A stretch of 64,000 nt of DNA from contig OZ281494.1 of the NCBI GenBank assembly GCA_965637545.1, positions 13,950,001 through 14,014,000 on the forward strand, written 5' to 3'. This DNA comes from Phallusia mammillata (lineage: Eukaryota). Made by a program: the position numbers and the translations under genes. The stretch's first letter is position 1, and every line of letters starts with the position of its first letter. The notes beneath the pieces were generated by a model. It was not told where the DNA came from. It did no database searches and was given only the letters and a program-made list of their open reading frames with translations. Positions 1-14,100 of this stretch are shown piece after piece.

Positions 1-72
1 ATTTAATGCCCGGGTCAGTTTGTGCAACTGCTCAGCCGAGCATTAAAAACAGGGATGCTCAGCCCATCCCTA
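1..72. mobile_element. Right end of the same hAT MITE (copy A3)
   Basis: TIR GCCCATCCCTA 62-72 followed by ATACAAAC. Confidence 0.75.
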
Positions 73-958
73 ATACAAACTAGTGTTCAAAAGGGTATCC
101 AAGAAAGAAAATTTGCTTATTTTTTGAAATGCATTAAATGGTAGAAAACACGAATTCTAAAACCGGTACAGCTTAACACACTACTGGTGACACAATAGAC
201 TTCGAAAAACAACAAAATTAGTATGGAGATGGGAATGTTCCAGACATTAACATGAGACGCTTGGTGTTGATCACACAGAACATTTGCAGTTTTGGCTAAT
301 TTCTATTTAAGTATTACATATTTTACTTACCGGCATAATTTCACCAGATATTTCATCCACAAACATCTGGGAAAATTAAAACTCTGTTTAGAAATCTTGC
401 TTTATCCTGTACTGTATGGCAGAGACAGATCAACACAGCCACAAACTAGTTTCTTGTTTCTTATGCCCAATTTGACTGTGCAGACACTGTGCCTTTATAC
501 TGTTCAATGCTTCGAAACTTGTGTTTAAAACGAGAATGCATTTTGGATGGCATGATTGTCTGTGCTAGCCTGAATGATTGCTTTAGCGATTTTTAAACAT
601 TTTTTTATGCAAGTCAATTTAGCCATGCCAATGCATTCAAGTTTTAAACAACTCCTGCACATAACTGGGCTGCATTACAAGACTGCCTGCCATCCCAAAT
701 GCACACCTCAACACAACTTTCAAAACAAGAACAGCGCCACACAATACATTTGTCAACATAAAGTGAACTCTATTGCAAACAACCAACAGGGGCAGAATGA
801 AGGCTGGTAATCACACACAATTCTAAGTTTAGAAAATGAAAACAGGCGATAAACCTTTAAAATATTTAGTACAAAAATTGCCTAGTAGCCATGCGCAGTA
901 GTCAAAGAGCTGAAAAAAAGAAAATAAACGAATACTATTTAATAGCAGGAACATCGCC

Positions 959-2722
959 TCAGGAATTCAGCAGTGACTCGAACGACTCAAACACATTACG
1001 TTCTTCTTCATTTTCAGGTGCAAGCGATTCTGGGTCACTCATTGTCACAGGTTCAAGATTTAAAGTAATCATGTCTTCATCATCATCGCTAGCAATTGTG
1101 AAGTCACCCTTTAGTTCCTCCTGCAAGGAGTCTAGCAATGAAAAAGCTGATTTTTCATTGCCTTGTGGTACTGGGGTGGAAGTATCAGGTACAGTGAAGT
1201 CCAGATCAAATATGTTTGATCTGGCATTTTTGGCTTGTGGTTGCTGTTTTGTTACAATCTTGGTTGCAGCCTTTGACACTTGCTTTGTTTTTGTCTGTTT
1301 GCCTTGATTGCTGGAGTGATTTACTGTTAACACTGGTGCCTGGCTTGCGATGTTGGAAACAAATCTTAAAGGTTGCTGTGGAATTCCAGGTCTTTGGATC
1401 ACAAATGTTTGTTGAGTCCTTGCTGGTTGCTGTACTATGTTTCGCATAGATCCTCCAGGTAAGCGAATCATGTTCACAGATGGACCCACAGAAACAGCTG
1501 TTGATATTCGGGATTGTGGTTTGGTCCCATGGTGTGAAGGTTGTGGCACATAAGGTGTAGGGGTATTGGCTTGCACAAATGAGAATGGCAAAAACACTGT
1601 TCCTCTATTGCTGGTGGGATTAGGTGCAGGGCGAGTCTTTGTTCTTATGACATTGGAACTTATTACATTTCTTGGATTGCTTGTGACCATTGTCTGGAGA
1701 GGAACACTGTATACAGGCACATTCGGCATTTTATTGGCTACTGCAGAGGGTAAAATTTTAGTCATAGGCTGCTGAGACTGCTGCATTGCAGGCTTTGGAG
1801 TTTCTACAACAATGTTGTATACAGACTGGGTTGGCTTCATTAGCTTTTGGTTTAATGGAACAGTAGAGTCTGAAAAACCAGAGCCTGGTGAAAACAGTTC
1901 ATATTCATCCTGGCAAAGTCGGGTGTTTCTTTTTCGTGGGCGACCAGATTTACTAAAGGATAAAATCTCCACAGGACCATAGTCAGTACTTGAGTCAAGC
2001 AGTTGTTCTGACCGTTCAGCAACCTTCCACAAAGGTGACTGTCTGTACTCGGGAGGTGGACTGCTGCCATGCAAGTGTGTACTATTCATGGAGTCTTCAT
2101 AATCATTTGTATCAGACAGTTCCAAATTGTCATCACTGTCATCTTGCCAATCATTGTACAAACTGATGCTATCAGAGTCACCTGACAAGTAACCTGCAGT
2201 TTCTTCACCATATTCTGTCCATAAGAGATCATCTCTCTGGAAAGATTCTTCAGGTCGAAAGTCATTGAACTTTTCATTCTCTTGATTATTTTCATAGTTA
2301 GAAACATTGATTGATTTAGGCCTTCCTCTGCCACGTCCTCCACCGCGACCCCTGCCACGCCCTCTTCCGCGACCACGCCCACGACTACTTTTCACTCCTT
2401 CCTGCTTCTTAGGCTTAAGTTGCTTTGGCTTGCGTTTCGGCTGCATCAGTTGCAACTTATCATCATTTTCAGAGTCAAAAAGATAGTCCTTGTTGACCTG
2501 ATCTTCTTCATCTCCTGACGACTCGGATGTTGACATATCAAGGAAGCAAATGTCACGCTCCTTCTTTCTCCTCTTGCCCTTTTTCTTGCTCACCTGGTTC
2601 TCCCCATCCTCCCTGGTGTAGAAAATCTCATCTTCCTCCACATCCATCCTTCGCTCCTCTTCTTCCTTGAGCAGGATAAGATGCTGAAGTTGCCAATCCT
2701 GTTTTGATTTCTCAACCTGATC
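959..2722 (-). CDS. dom: SRCAP/DOM-B-like terminal exon, copy A3
   Basis: Identical ORF to copy A2. Confidence 0.6.
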   Translation of the reverse strand, partial: DQVEKSKQDWQLQHLILLKEEEERRMDVEEDEIFYTREDGENQVSKKKGKRRKKERDICFLDMSTSESSGDEEDQVNKDYLFDSENDDKLQLMQPKRKPKQLKPKKQEGVKSSRGRGRGRGRGRGRGGGRGRGRPKSINVSNYENNQENEKFNDFRPEESFQRDDLLWTEYGEETAGYLSGDSDSISLYNDWQDDSDDNLELSDTNDYEDSMNSTHLHGSSPPPEYRQSPLWKVAERSEQLLDSSTDYGPVEILSFSKSGRPRKRNTRLCQDEYELFSPGSGFSDSTVPLNQKLMKPTQSVYNIVVETPKPAMQQSQQPMTKILPSAVANKMPNVPVYSVPLQTMVTSNPRNVISSNVIRTKTRPAPNPTSNRGTVFLPFSFVQANTPTPYVPQPSHHGTKPQSRISTAVSVGPSVNMIRLPGGSMRNIVQQPARTQQTFVIQRPGIPQQPLRFVSNIASQAPVLTVNHSSNQGKQTKTKQVSKAATKIVTKQQPQAKNARSNIFDLDFTVPDTSTPVPQGNEKSAFSLLDSLQEELKGDFTIASDDDEDMITLNLEPVTMSDPESLAPENEEERNVFESFESLLNS

Positions 2723-2970
2723 CTGTATAAACATTGTATGGAATATGTTCAGTGTTTTACGACACAAGCAGTAAGTTGTATATGGAGGCAATCTGCAACA
2801 CTACATTTCACTTTAATATTGGATATTTTATGTAAAGAATGCCAAGACATGATGCAGTGTCACTACCAGAATGGCCAATTCCAACATTAAAGCTTTCACA
2901 GTTACCATAATCGAGAGTGGGCAACGACAAACTACTGGTAAGTTAAAATCCAGGTTGGAGTGTCAAGTAA

Positions 2971-3105
2971 AGTTGTTCTTGCACTACGAGGTCTGTCATG
3001 CATAAATCAACACACAGATACGGAAAGCACAAGCCTTAATTTCCCTGACATGATCAACACAAGATGCCATGGACTGTGACACCTCATGCAAGTGTAGACA
3101 GGTCC
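2971..3105 (-). ncRNA. Unassigned H/ACA snoRNA paralog 1, copy A3
   Basis: Copy of 35865-35999. Confidence 0.75.
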
Positions 3106-3545
3106 ACAAAATACAGTAAAAATACACAAACAGGTACCTCTGCCATCTTCAGTTCAAGGTCGTTCATCTCCTCGGCAGTGATTTCCAAGTAGTTAAGTGC
3201 ATATTTTTCGATTGTCTTAAGCTCCTCCTCATACTTAGATCCCTTGGGCAGTTTGAACTTGCTCTCTGGAAATCATGAAATTATTATGCTATAAAATGAT
3301 GATGTTTTTAATTTTGCACATCTTTGGCAAGCAAAATATTTTATCTTTTTGGTTATTAATGTTAATTTTAAAGCATCAATGGAATGTAAAAAAATTAGTA
3401 TTTTCCCATACCTGTGTCATCCACATCATCTTCAGTTTTCTCTTCAGCTTCAGTAAACTCTTCCATAACTGCATCCTATAAACAAAATAAATTTCCTTAT
3501 GGCAACAATTCCAAAAAAAACAAAGTTTGTGAAAGTCTAGCACAG

Positions 3546-3608
3546 GCCTCAGAGACATGGGTGTCTTCAACACTATCAGACATATGCTTGTCAATGCTCA
3601 TCATGGGC
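3546..3608 (-). ncRNA. SNORD27: U27-like snoRNA paralog 1, copy A3
   Basis: Copy of 36460-36522. Confidence 0.85.
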
Positions 3609-3861
3609 AAAATACTGTTTGATAACTTGATAAGGCACAGAAAGACAACACAAATTTTATACCTGTTCTTGTTTAAGTAACTTTGCAGCAGCTGCATCTT
3701 CTTTATCCTCAGTCTCCAAAAGAGCCTCTTCCAAATTTTCTTCACTCTCATCCACATCTGCATCTGCATCTGCATCTGCAGAAGTCTGAACAAAAATACA
3801 TGAAAGTAACAACTATAAATTGGTAATTGATATGAATATATGGAAGTATTTGTAAATAAGG

Positions 3862-3935
3862 AACCGTCAGGATTCAAGTGTCAAAAGATCACCATAGTGA
3901 AATACACAGTAAGAAATATTTCTTCATCATAGGTT
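3862..3935 (-). ncRNA. Orphan C/D candidate, copy A3
   Basis: Copy of 36764-36837. Confidence 0.55.
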
Positions 3936-4229
3936 TAAATCAATGGTTAAGGTAGCAAACAGGAAAAATTAATTGTTTTTACTATACCTCTGGTTCAATC
4001 TTGGATGCTTCAATGGCTTTCTGGCGTGCTGTAAGGGGGCGTTGCTGGGGTTCGGTCAATTCCTCAAGACCAGATGGCTCTTCAAATAGGTCCTTGATGG
4101 CTTGCTGTGAAATAGATGATATGTTTTAGATACCGGAGATGTTTCACAATAATTATTTTATGACACAGGTCTTTGTGTTCAAATGTCCCATATACTGGTT
4201 TTGTTGTTGTTTTAAGACCAATGTATTTA

Positions 4230-4365
4230 TATTGTCCCATATTCCACTAAGAAGCACAGCACCACGACACTGCCTCCTAACGATGCCAGGAAATGGCCAC
4301 GATTTCGCACCATTAATCGATCGTTACAACACAAGCAGTTTGCAACGGAGATACCAAGAAGGTGC
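4230..4365 (-). ncRNA. SNORA8: ACA8-like snoRNA paralog 1, copy A3
   Basis: Copy of 37132-37267. Confidence 0.75.
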
Positions 4366-4676
4366 ACCATGAAAAATTTATTACCTCAAGAAACCAATTT
4401 TTGTTTACTAAATCAAGTTTCCTTTTTTTATCTCATAAACAACTATATTTTATACACACATGTTTGAAAAATGCAGTTGTAAAGCTCCCTCCTTCGATTG
4501 CAAGATTTCCTAAAAGCCTCTTTTGGTTAGCTTTTTTCAGGATATTTTCCTCAACAGTCCTTTCACTTATCAACCGATAAATGTGGACGTCCCTTGTCTG
4601 GCCGATCCGGTGACACCTGAGCAACACAGGTGGCTCTGACACTTACAAATATCAAACATGGGTGACCGTAATAAAA

Positions 4677-5132
<456 letters not shown>

Positions 5133-5197
5133 CTAAAGCATACAAGTTTGATTAGAATTGCATTTTGTAAACAGTTTTGTTACCAAGGCATTAGTTA

Positions 5198-5268
5198 TGT
5201 CTCAGTAGTGCTAGTTTGTCGTCATCTACATTCAGGTTGACTGGAGCAGATTGTTGTCATCACAGACA
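5198..5268 (-). ncRNA. Orphan four-box C/D candidate, copy A3
   Basis: Copy of 38100-38170. Confidence 0.65.
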
Positions 5269-5609
5269 TTGATACATAATATACAATGAATTTGGTTTAT
5301 TATTTACCATACGCTGTTCGATATGAGTCGATCCATCCAAGCGAAGGTACCGGTAGCCATGATAACTAAGAAATGCCTCCAAGATGTCTAGCACCCGTGT
5401 CATCTGAGTGAAGATCAGTATGCGGTGTTTCTCAGCCCAAAACCGCCGAAGCAACACACTTAGAATTTGCAGCTTGCCTGTAAAAAAATTCAGTGTTTAG
5501 AATCCTATGTTTGCTTTAGTGTGTGCTTCCTTGGTATATGCCTCCAACCAGTATACAAAACTGACAATCTACACCTAAATTTACTTTGTATTGATAAATT
5601 CTAGCATAG

Positions 5610-5672
5610 GCCTCAGAGCCATGGATGTCTTCAATACTATCAGACATATGCTTGTCAATGTTCATCATAGGC
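5610..5672 (-). ncRNA. SNORD27: U27-like snoRNA paralog 2, copy A3
   Basis: Copy of 38512-38574. Confidence 0.85.
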
Positions 5673-6654
5673 AAAGTACTAGTTAAATGCTTCCTTGGTA
5701 TATGCCTCTAACCAGTAAATTATATTGATAGTCCACACCTAAACTTGCTTCATAGTGCTAACTTTAACTGGTGAACTATGGTATCTTTATGTCAGTTAAA
5801 TAGGATTTGCTAATTACAGGAGGTGTTTATCAATAACAAGTAATACTCTTTGTCTATACGTGCTTACCACAGTCATACTGGATAAGTCGAGCTTCGGGAA
5901 ATTGTACTCTGGAGAGCTGTGTAATGCTGTGGTAAGGTTTGAGTGAGTTGGATAGATAAGAGCGAATACACTCAAGTGATTGTTTTTTCGCTTGCATCCT
6001 CCAAGGTGTTGGGTGCGACACATTGAGCTGAGGTGATGATGTTGTAACTTTAGGCACCACGAATATAAACCTGTACATAACAAAACTTGCCATGTCTAGC
6101 AACAAAAAACGCTAATATTTAGTCTTAAACAGAGTTCAATGGCAAGTTTAATTTACACCGGGCCTTATATAAAAACATCACTTGAGCAAAGTAAAGGTAT
6201 GTATATGTACCGGTGTAGAATGTCCTTCAATTCCTGCAGACGTTCTTCATGGGACTTTTTAGCATTCTGAAGATGTGTGTTTTCCATATGGGCAGTGTGC
6301 CAACTCTGCTTCTTTGGTAGAGTGCTGCAAATAAAAGAGAATAATTTAGCAAAGCAAAACTTAAAAAAAACAAGGGTTTGCCAAATGCAGTTACCGAGCT
6401 TTGATTGCAGTTTGAAGAAATTCAACAGTGTTGGCAGGCAAGTAGGTGGGATAAGCCTCACATCGTTGTGTGTTGATGCGACAAAGGCGCTGCAAGGTAT
6501 CTTCCCGTTTAGCGCTTTTTAAGCGAACAAGCATTTTCTGCAAAAATCGGTCAGATTAAATGATGTATTATTGTTGAATCCCTGGGTCTCAACATTAATG
6601 ACATCGGAATGGCCCAAAACTGGGCATTGAAAAGCTCTGCTAATAGAATAATAG

Positions 6655-6789
6655 AATTGTTCTTGCACTACGAGGTCTGTCATGCACAAATCAACACACA
6701 GATACGGAAAGCACAAGCCTTAATTTCCCTGACATGATCAACACAAGATGCCATGGACTGTGACACCTCATGCAAGTGTAGACAGGTCC
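6655..6789 (-). ncRNA. Unassigned H/ACA snoRNA paralog 2, copy A3
   Basis: Copy of 39556-39690. Confidence 0.75.
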
Positions 6790-7115
6790 AAGAAAAAGTG
6801 CAGTTTACTTCAACTTACTGAATAGGATTCCTCAGGAAGGCGTTTTTTCCTTGTGCCACCAGAATCTGCATGAAATCACATTTTGATAGTCAGAGGTTTT
6901 TATTTAAATCCATGGAGGGGTTTAGTTTATGTTAAGATACCTTGCTAGTAAAACATTTACAAAGTAACAAATGATGTCTATAAATCAATATTTACCTTTG
7001 GAGGAAATGACAGGTTGAGCAGCAGTTGTGACAACTTCAGCTGAAACAAACAGGTAAAGTGTATAAATTGTGTGTAGGTACAGGTTTTGTTGTTATTTTA
7101 AGGCAATGTGTTTTA

Positions 7116-7251
7116 TATTGTCCCATATTCCACTAAGAAGCACAGCACCACGACACTGTCTCCTAACGATGCCAGGAAATGGCCACGATTTCGCACCATT
7201 AATCGATCGTTACAACACAAGCAGTTTGCAACGGAGATACCAAGAAGGTGC
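7116..7251 (-). ncRNA. SNORA8: ACA8-like snoRNA paralog 2, copy A3
   Basis: Copy of 40017-40152. Confidence 0.75.
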
Positions 7252-7512
7252 CTTTCAATAACAATAAAGATCAACGATTACATGATAAATTTTGCAATGA
7301 CTTAAAAGACATTACTGCCAAGAGTTAAGAATGATTACCTGGAATTTGAGCATTTGTTGTTGATGGTTGAGTGCCTGCAACTTGTGATACTGGTGTAGAG
7401 CTACGGGAAGCCACACCAGAAGTTACAATCTGCACAACACCACCTGAAACATACAATCACTGAGGTGTAAACTATATACAAGATGGTCGAAGAGTTATTA
7501 TGACACAAGAAA

Positions 7513-7589
7513 ATTTCTCAGAAGAAAATTCATTTTTCACATCAAAGAGTTCAGATGAACTATGCCAATAGAATCATTCATCATTGTTT
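7513..7589 (-). ncRNA. U51-like C/D snoRNA, copy A3
   Basis: Copy of 40414-40490. Confidence 0.8.
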
Positions 7590-8240
7590 TATATACAATC
7601 TGCATCAAAAAACAGTAATAAATCCAAAATTACCTGGCAAATGTCGAATTTGACCATTGGGTATTGTTGCCCACCTTGTTCCCTGTGCTGTTTGGTATTG
7701 CAGGGTAATAGACTGTGATGAAGACCTTGGGGTTGAGTCTGCAACATTAGTCAACAAATGATTCAATCAGTAAAATGATCAACATTAATCAAAAAAGGTT
7801 CTGTTAAGCAAGTACACATACAGAATAGTTTCCTTGCTTACCATTCTTATTGCGTGGTTGTTGCACAGTCACAAGTCTGGTCGATGATGGTTGGACACTG
7901 GAAACAACCTAAAATCAAAACCTTTTTTGAAATATGAAAAACATTTTTTAAAAATCTGGTCTGTAGTATTTGTATGAACAGAGAAGCTTATACATCATAG
8001 AGCTGCAAGTATTCACTTCTAGGTCATTCCATATTTAAGTGATTTTTACATTACTGGTCCAAACAAATTAATAAAACTTGAACAAAGTAGTAGATTAATG
8101 CACTGACCACTTTAGGCTGAGATAGATGACCAGATGATGATGCAGATGCAATTGAGGATTTCTGCAAAAGGTTAGAGTTTAAAAACTAATATAAAGGGTA
8201 AAAAAATTCTGATCCGAAAGCTGTCTCAAGAACAAACATA

Positions 8241-8376
8241 AAATGTGCTTTACCACAGTATCCTGTGAAGACAAAACTTTTTCACAAATTTCAAATGTGG
8301 TAAAATAGATGATGTTCGATTGACATGACAGTGACCAGCCGATGGACAGCGAACTGGTCACCTCTTAAACAATCGC
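8241..8376 (-). ncRNA. Helix-69-region H/ACA snoRNA, copy A3
   Basis: Identical to copy A2. Confidence 0.8.
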
Positions 8377-8652
8377 AATATATTTCAGTACATACAAGTA
8401 CCTGTTCCTGTAAAGAGGCAAGGAAGAGTTTTTCCTGGATCATGGCTTTCATCTGATCAGTTATGACTTGACGAGGCCTAAAACACAGTTTTATTTAGAG
8501 TTAAATTGTTGATGCAAGCTAAAAAACTAATTACATGACTTTTTATTTATGAAGGTTTGGACTTTGTTTCCAGCTTTTTTAATGTACAAAAGATGTGTAT
8601 TAAGTTACAGGCGGAGTGCATTTTTAGTTAAAAAAATATTTTGTTTTAGTTG

Positions 8653-8790
8653 GGCTGTGGTGATGAGCACATTATACTGCCTGTTGATTTAGATGCAACA
8701 GCAGTACTTTTATTATCACCATGGGTTTTCTTTTCCCCCAAGGCAAGTCATTTCAAGAAATTGATTTTCTTAATGATGGTAATGGGGGCT
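8653..8790 (-). ncRNA. Psi609-guide H/ACA snoRNA, copy A3
   Basis: Copy of 41554-41691. Confidence 0.78.
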
Positions 8791-11101
8791 AAATTTGTTC
8801 TTCAGTAGCTAGAAATGCAACTGTACCAGTTTACGATCTGATATTATATACAACTGTTGTCTCCACCGCTCATACTAAGTCTCAGGTGACTCATGATTAT
8901 CATATTTAACACAGTCTGAAGTAGTTTAATTACACTTTCAGTTTTTTTTTATTGGGTTAAGTGTTTATCTTACCCTTCTTCAGGCAAAAAACTGGATTGA
9001 ATCTCTTCAATCAGCTTGCGAGGAGTTTTTAAGCGTTTAATTTCATCAGCATTAACACTTGAAATTTTGCTCAGCGTTGGAATATGTAGGTTTAAATTGA
9101 AGAGGTCCACTTCCTGCAAGGTAAGTCATACACATTACAAAAAACGATTGACTGATTTACAAGGATATTTTACAATTGTGTATATCCTGGATATCAAAAA
9201 TATTGTTGGAAATTATTAAGTTCAGCAATGTCACAATAGACATTCTGTGTGGAGAATTTCCCTACACTGTTCCTCCAATACGTTACATGCAAGCTGATGG
9301 ATTACAACCAACATGTCTTTGACAGAGGGTAATTTACTACAATAACATGCCAGTTACCAGTAACATATGCTAAAAAACCTGGTTATGCAGTATTTTATTT
9401 TACTCAATGTTTCTGTAAGAACTGTATGTAATTTTATCAATCTGTACAAAATGCTTGAGAATGTGTTTAGTAAATGGAAGCGTAGCTCCTACTGCAACCT
9501 TATGTGTGTTAACTTGAAGGGATGCATAAGCCTATTTGTAGGAAGTCTTGGATACTTAGTCCCACTTCTCTGCCCCTGTTGCAGTCTTGGAGGTCTAAGT
9601 ACATTTTTGCATCATTTAGTTATTACATAATAAATTTGGTTTCACATCAGTCAATTACTGCCCTAACAAAACATTATTGATTTTGACTTTATAACACACA
9701 CAAAAAAGCAAGGACAGTTTTATATGAATAAGTGTTGAAATAAATTTGGTGTAGGTATTGCCAATCCAGTAACTTTTCAGTAGCATGGAAAGTAATAGCA
9801 ATTGTGCAAACTCGCATGCGATGTAGATAAGTAAGGACACTTGTGGCAGAATTTCTTCTATTTCTTTCTGTATTTTGAACAAATTTTACATCAAGTTGGC
9901 AAATTAAACCTTTTATTTACACATGACAATAGTTCTCTCAACATATGTAGACTACAACATTTGACACAATTCAGAAAATGTAAAAGAATCTAGCCACAAC
10001 AATACAATAGCTGTGAGAACAGAAAATGGTTTAAAGAAAGCAAACAAGTGCAAAAACGCAATTTATTTCGATGGCAAATTGGATTTATTATCCTGACTTT
10101 CCTGTAAGTTTCCCTCCACACTAGACAAAGCAACCATTGGTGTGGTATCACTTGGTGTTATTTGTGCCTGAGTTGGCATAGTTTGTATTCCAGATTGCGG
10201 GTTAACTTGTAAAGTTAAGGATTGTTGTGTGGTATTGCGCATGGCAACCTGTAACACATGAACAAATTGATGCTACTATTACATAATTATACAACAAAAA
10301 CTATTGGACACAGCATAAAGTTGTTGTACCTCAGAAATACATAGTAACTGTAACTACATTATTATGAAAAGTTTACACTTGTTTGAAAAGTTGTTTGTGG
10401 TGTAACAATGCACTAAGCACCAATTTCACCAACTTAACAAGCCTCCAAAAATGTCTAGAGCAATGAGCAAATTAATTGACCTGTTGTGAGATAAGCTGTG
10501 GGTGAACCTTCATCGCGGCGGCAGCAGCAGATGGTTGGTTGCTGATGGCAACCACTGGAGGTCTCTGCATTGCCACTGGGGTTGAAGCAACAATCATCTG
10601 CTGGGGTAGAGATGGGCTTTGGTTGCTACTTGCTATGGCATGTAGTCGAGACTGTATGGCAGAAAATTAAATTTAATGCATTTGAACCTAACATGTCCAA
10701 GGTACCGTAAGACTTACTCTGGGTGTTGACTGCATCTGTTGTATTTGCGGGGACATTAGTCTTTGTTGGGGCATTAAACTGGATGCTGATACGATAGTAG
10801 TGCCAGCTGACAGGGGAAGTTGTGCTAATTGAGGTGAAGATGATAGCTGCACAAAAGAATGGATAATGTTCTTAAATACCAAAGTAGAGCCAAGCAAAAT
10901 ACTGATTGTGGGCAATACCAGTTAAGTAAAACATACCTGTTGAGAACGTGGAATGAGTGTGTGACGAATAGTGGTGTTTGAAGCAGGGGCAGTTGGAGTT
11001 TGCAGCAGTTTGGTAACAGTAAGTGTAACTGGTGCCTGTAATACATTGACAACCACCATTAGGTATAGCTTAGACTGGTAAAGGTCGATGTGAGCAAAGC
11101 T

Positions 11102-11172
11102 CAGGCAATCAGACAGAGCTAATACAAACTTTCCACATTCTGATCAGATTGTATTTATCATCACTTTGCCTG
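11102..11172 (-). ncRNA. SNORD44: U44-like C/D snoRNA, copy A2
   Basis: Identical to 27555-27625. Confidence 0.85.
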
Positions 11173-14100
11173 GCTTACAAATAGTGTTAAATCCAGACAA
11201 CTAAATTCACACAGAACGTTTAAATAGTAATGTCCCTACAAACCTTTGAAGTTTGTGGCCTTCTTTTCTGTTGTGCAACAATCTGACTAAACATTTCAGC
11301 TTGTATTTGTGGTGTCATCTTTACAGCAGTACCACCACCAGACACCAACTGATGAGAAGCCACAGTTGCATAAACAGTTTTTGGCTGCTTTGCTGCAATC
11401 ATCTAACCATGAAAAGAAATATATTTAGGAAATAACTTTTGTGACAGGTTTTACAGGAAGCAGCAATGGTATTTTTGAAAAAGCACATGACTAAAATATT
11501 ATAACTATCTATGAGCATTGGACTTAATCATGCCCAATAACATTTTTCTTTATTAAGATTAATTGTCCATCAGATCTCATCAAATTATATTTTTACCTGT
11601 CTTGGTTGCTGACGTTTCATCAACTGTTGCAACTGAGTTCCAGTGACAGTGCCCTAAAAACAAGTTGCAAGCAATTTTAAACACATGTTACTATTGGTGT
11701 CACAAGGATAACCTTACCTGACTCCCAGATACAATCATTTGCTTGGCAGAACTGGAACTTGCAGCATTAAAATCTGACAAACTCATTGCTGAAAAAAAAA
11801 TCAATATTAGAGTGTGTGTCTGGTGAAACATTAGTTTCTGTGCAAAGGGCTGTTTTGTATTCCCATAGACCAATCAATTACTATTATTGCATGTAACACA
11901 AAGCCATTGCCTTGTTAGACTAGTGACAACTAGATATTTGGGCCTATGGTTGCAAATGAAAACAAAATTCCCTGTGAATAACTTTAGTATCGACCTGTCA
12001 CATGTGCAAATTTGAACCAAAGAATGTCGCGTTGGGCAAAAAAGTGAGTAAAAAAGACTTAAGCGATGTGTTCTCAAGGGTACACATAAAATAGATTTAC
12101 CAAAAAAGTAATCATCAAAATTTTTTTGAAAGTTGAATTTTAGGTTGAAAACATAAAAACATGTGAAGCTTCACCTGCTGCAAGATTGGTGACAGGAACA
12201 GTGATGGGAAGTGGTTTGCTTGTTGTGATTTGTTCACTTGCTTGTTGGGCCGCAAGTGTCCTCACTCGCTGGGCCTGAACTTGTGCCTGCATTGGTGCAA
12301 TTTGGACCTACAAGTAAAAACGTTCAATTAGCAGCGTTTATATCACTTTTGAAGCTATGTAAAATACCCAGCATGAAAAATGTGTAGTTCATAGCACTTT
12401 ATTTTGTTACCTGAGGGCGTTGCTGGACAGTTTTTATTGGTCGCTTCATAATCATTTCAAGCTCCTGTTGTGTGAAAGCTCTTGCCATCTTGGCAACCTA
12501 AAAAAAATACTTTGATGCTGAGAGGTGGTACAGAAATAAAAGCAGCATAATCTGTGCCATAGACGTGTCTTTAAGACACCTTTTTCAAGAAACAACACAG
12601 CTACCCCTTTTTGAGACTTAGGTGGTCAGATCAATATCCCATACCTGGACTTTCTTTCCACCAGAAACAATGGTGCCAGTAATGTCCTGCTGCTGAGGCT
12701 GCTGCTGTTGTTGCTGTTGTGTAACACGCAGTTGTTGAACCGACTGAAACATTTTTTCAGAATTTTATTGGCATGAAAGTTACAGCACACAAACAAACAG
12801 CTACCTGCTGTTGCTGTTTGGCTGGTGTGGTTTGAAGAACCTGCTGCTTTTGTACTTGGTGTATCTGTTGCATTGAAGTCAGTTTCTGCACTTGAGTGCC
12901 ACCTGCTAAATCGACAACACAAGGCACTTCACCCTCAAACTCAGAAAAAATCCCCATGCTAACCAATGAAACTTTGCCACAATGGCTACTTTAAACGAGA
13001 TTTTATATTGTTAACATACTTCTTGGAGGGTAGGTAACGGTCGATCTAGTTGATGAGATACTAGACCCTGCAACAGCCGTTGTTATGGTAACCATAGGCG
13101 TGTGAGCTCCACTGGCCAGGGTAATAGACATAGATGGACCTGACACACTATTGCCTTGTTGCTGGAGTTGTAATTGAGATGCTGTTCCAGAAATGGTACG
13201 CAGCGTCAGGGATGCTGATGTGGCCTGAGTACATTATGTATGTGATGAAGTGTAAACAAAATATAAACTGTTCCTGAATAAAAAGAGAACATACCTTGGA
13301 CATTTGTATCTTAGCAGCCGATGCTGGAATGGACAAAGTGCCTTGTCCTTGTGGATTGACTCGGCGAGTGAAGGCAGAATTTACCACTATGTTGCTTCCA
13401 GCACCTTAACAATTAAAAAACGAAATTTACCAAATTTAGTCAATAACAAGGCAATGTAGAAACTGATTTATAAACATGAATTACAGATGAGGAAATTATG
13501 TTTAAAATAGTAAAAGCAAAATATGTAACTGTAATTTGGACAAAAAACAACACTTGGGCAACAAAAAAGAAAAAAAAACATTCTTTTTTTTGTTTCTTTT
13601 GGTCTTTACCTTGTAGGGATGTTTTTCCAACCAGTTGATTTCCATTAGCAATGACCAAAGTGCTACCAACTTGTTGCGGCATGTTGACAGTTGGTGTTTG
13701 CATGGCTGCTGTCATGGTAACAGGGTTGGATTGTGATGTCCCAGGCTGACCAGTTGTCTTCTTCTGGTTAGCAATTCGCTTAGCCCTCGCCTCTGCCACC
13801 TGTGAAAGTCCAGATGTAACATTTCAATGTTTTGACAGTGGTCATCATCATAATTTAAAAACAGCTTCTTGCAAAATGTATAAGTTTTTGTACTTTTCTA
13901 TATTTTTTTGTAGTGAATATTTACAAATGTGTATTGTGCAAGGAAGTCATTTCGAATTTTAATACCAACCTAGAAGTAAAACTGACCAATTGGCTGCCCC
14001 GATAAAACAAGTAAATGGTGTTAACCATTAAACTTGGTTTTACTTCAAAATAGTGGAGACAATCAATTCACCTGCATAGGGTGCAATGGCTTGTCATAAG

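Noticed and set aside
891-1775. Plus-strand ORFs (138, 77, 69 aa) and their copies
   Set aside because: Antisense shadows of the domino terminal exon, with no recognisable domains.
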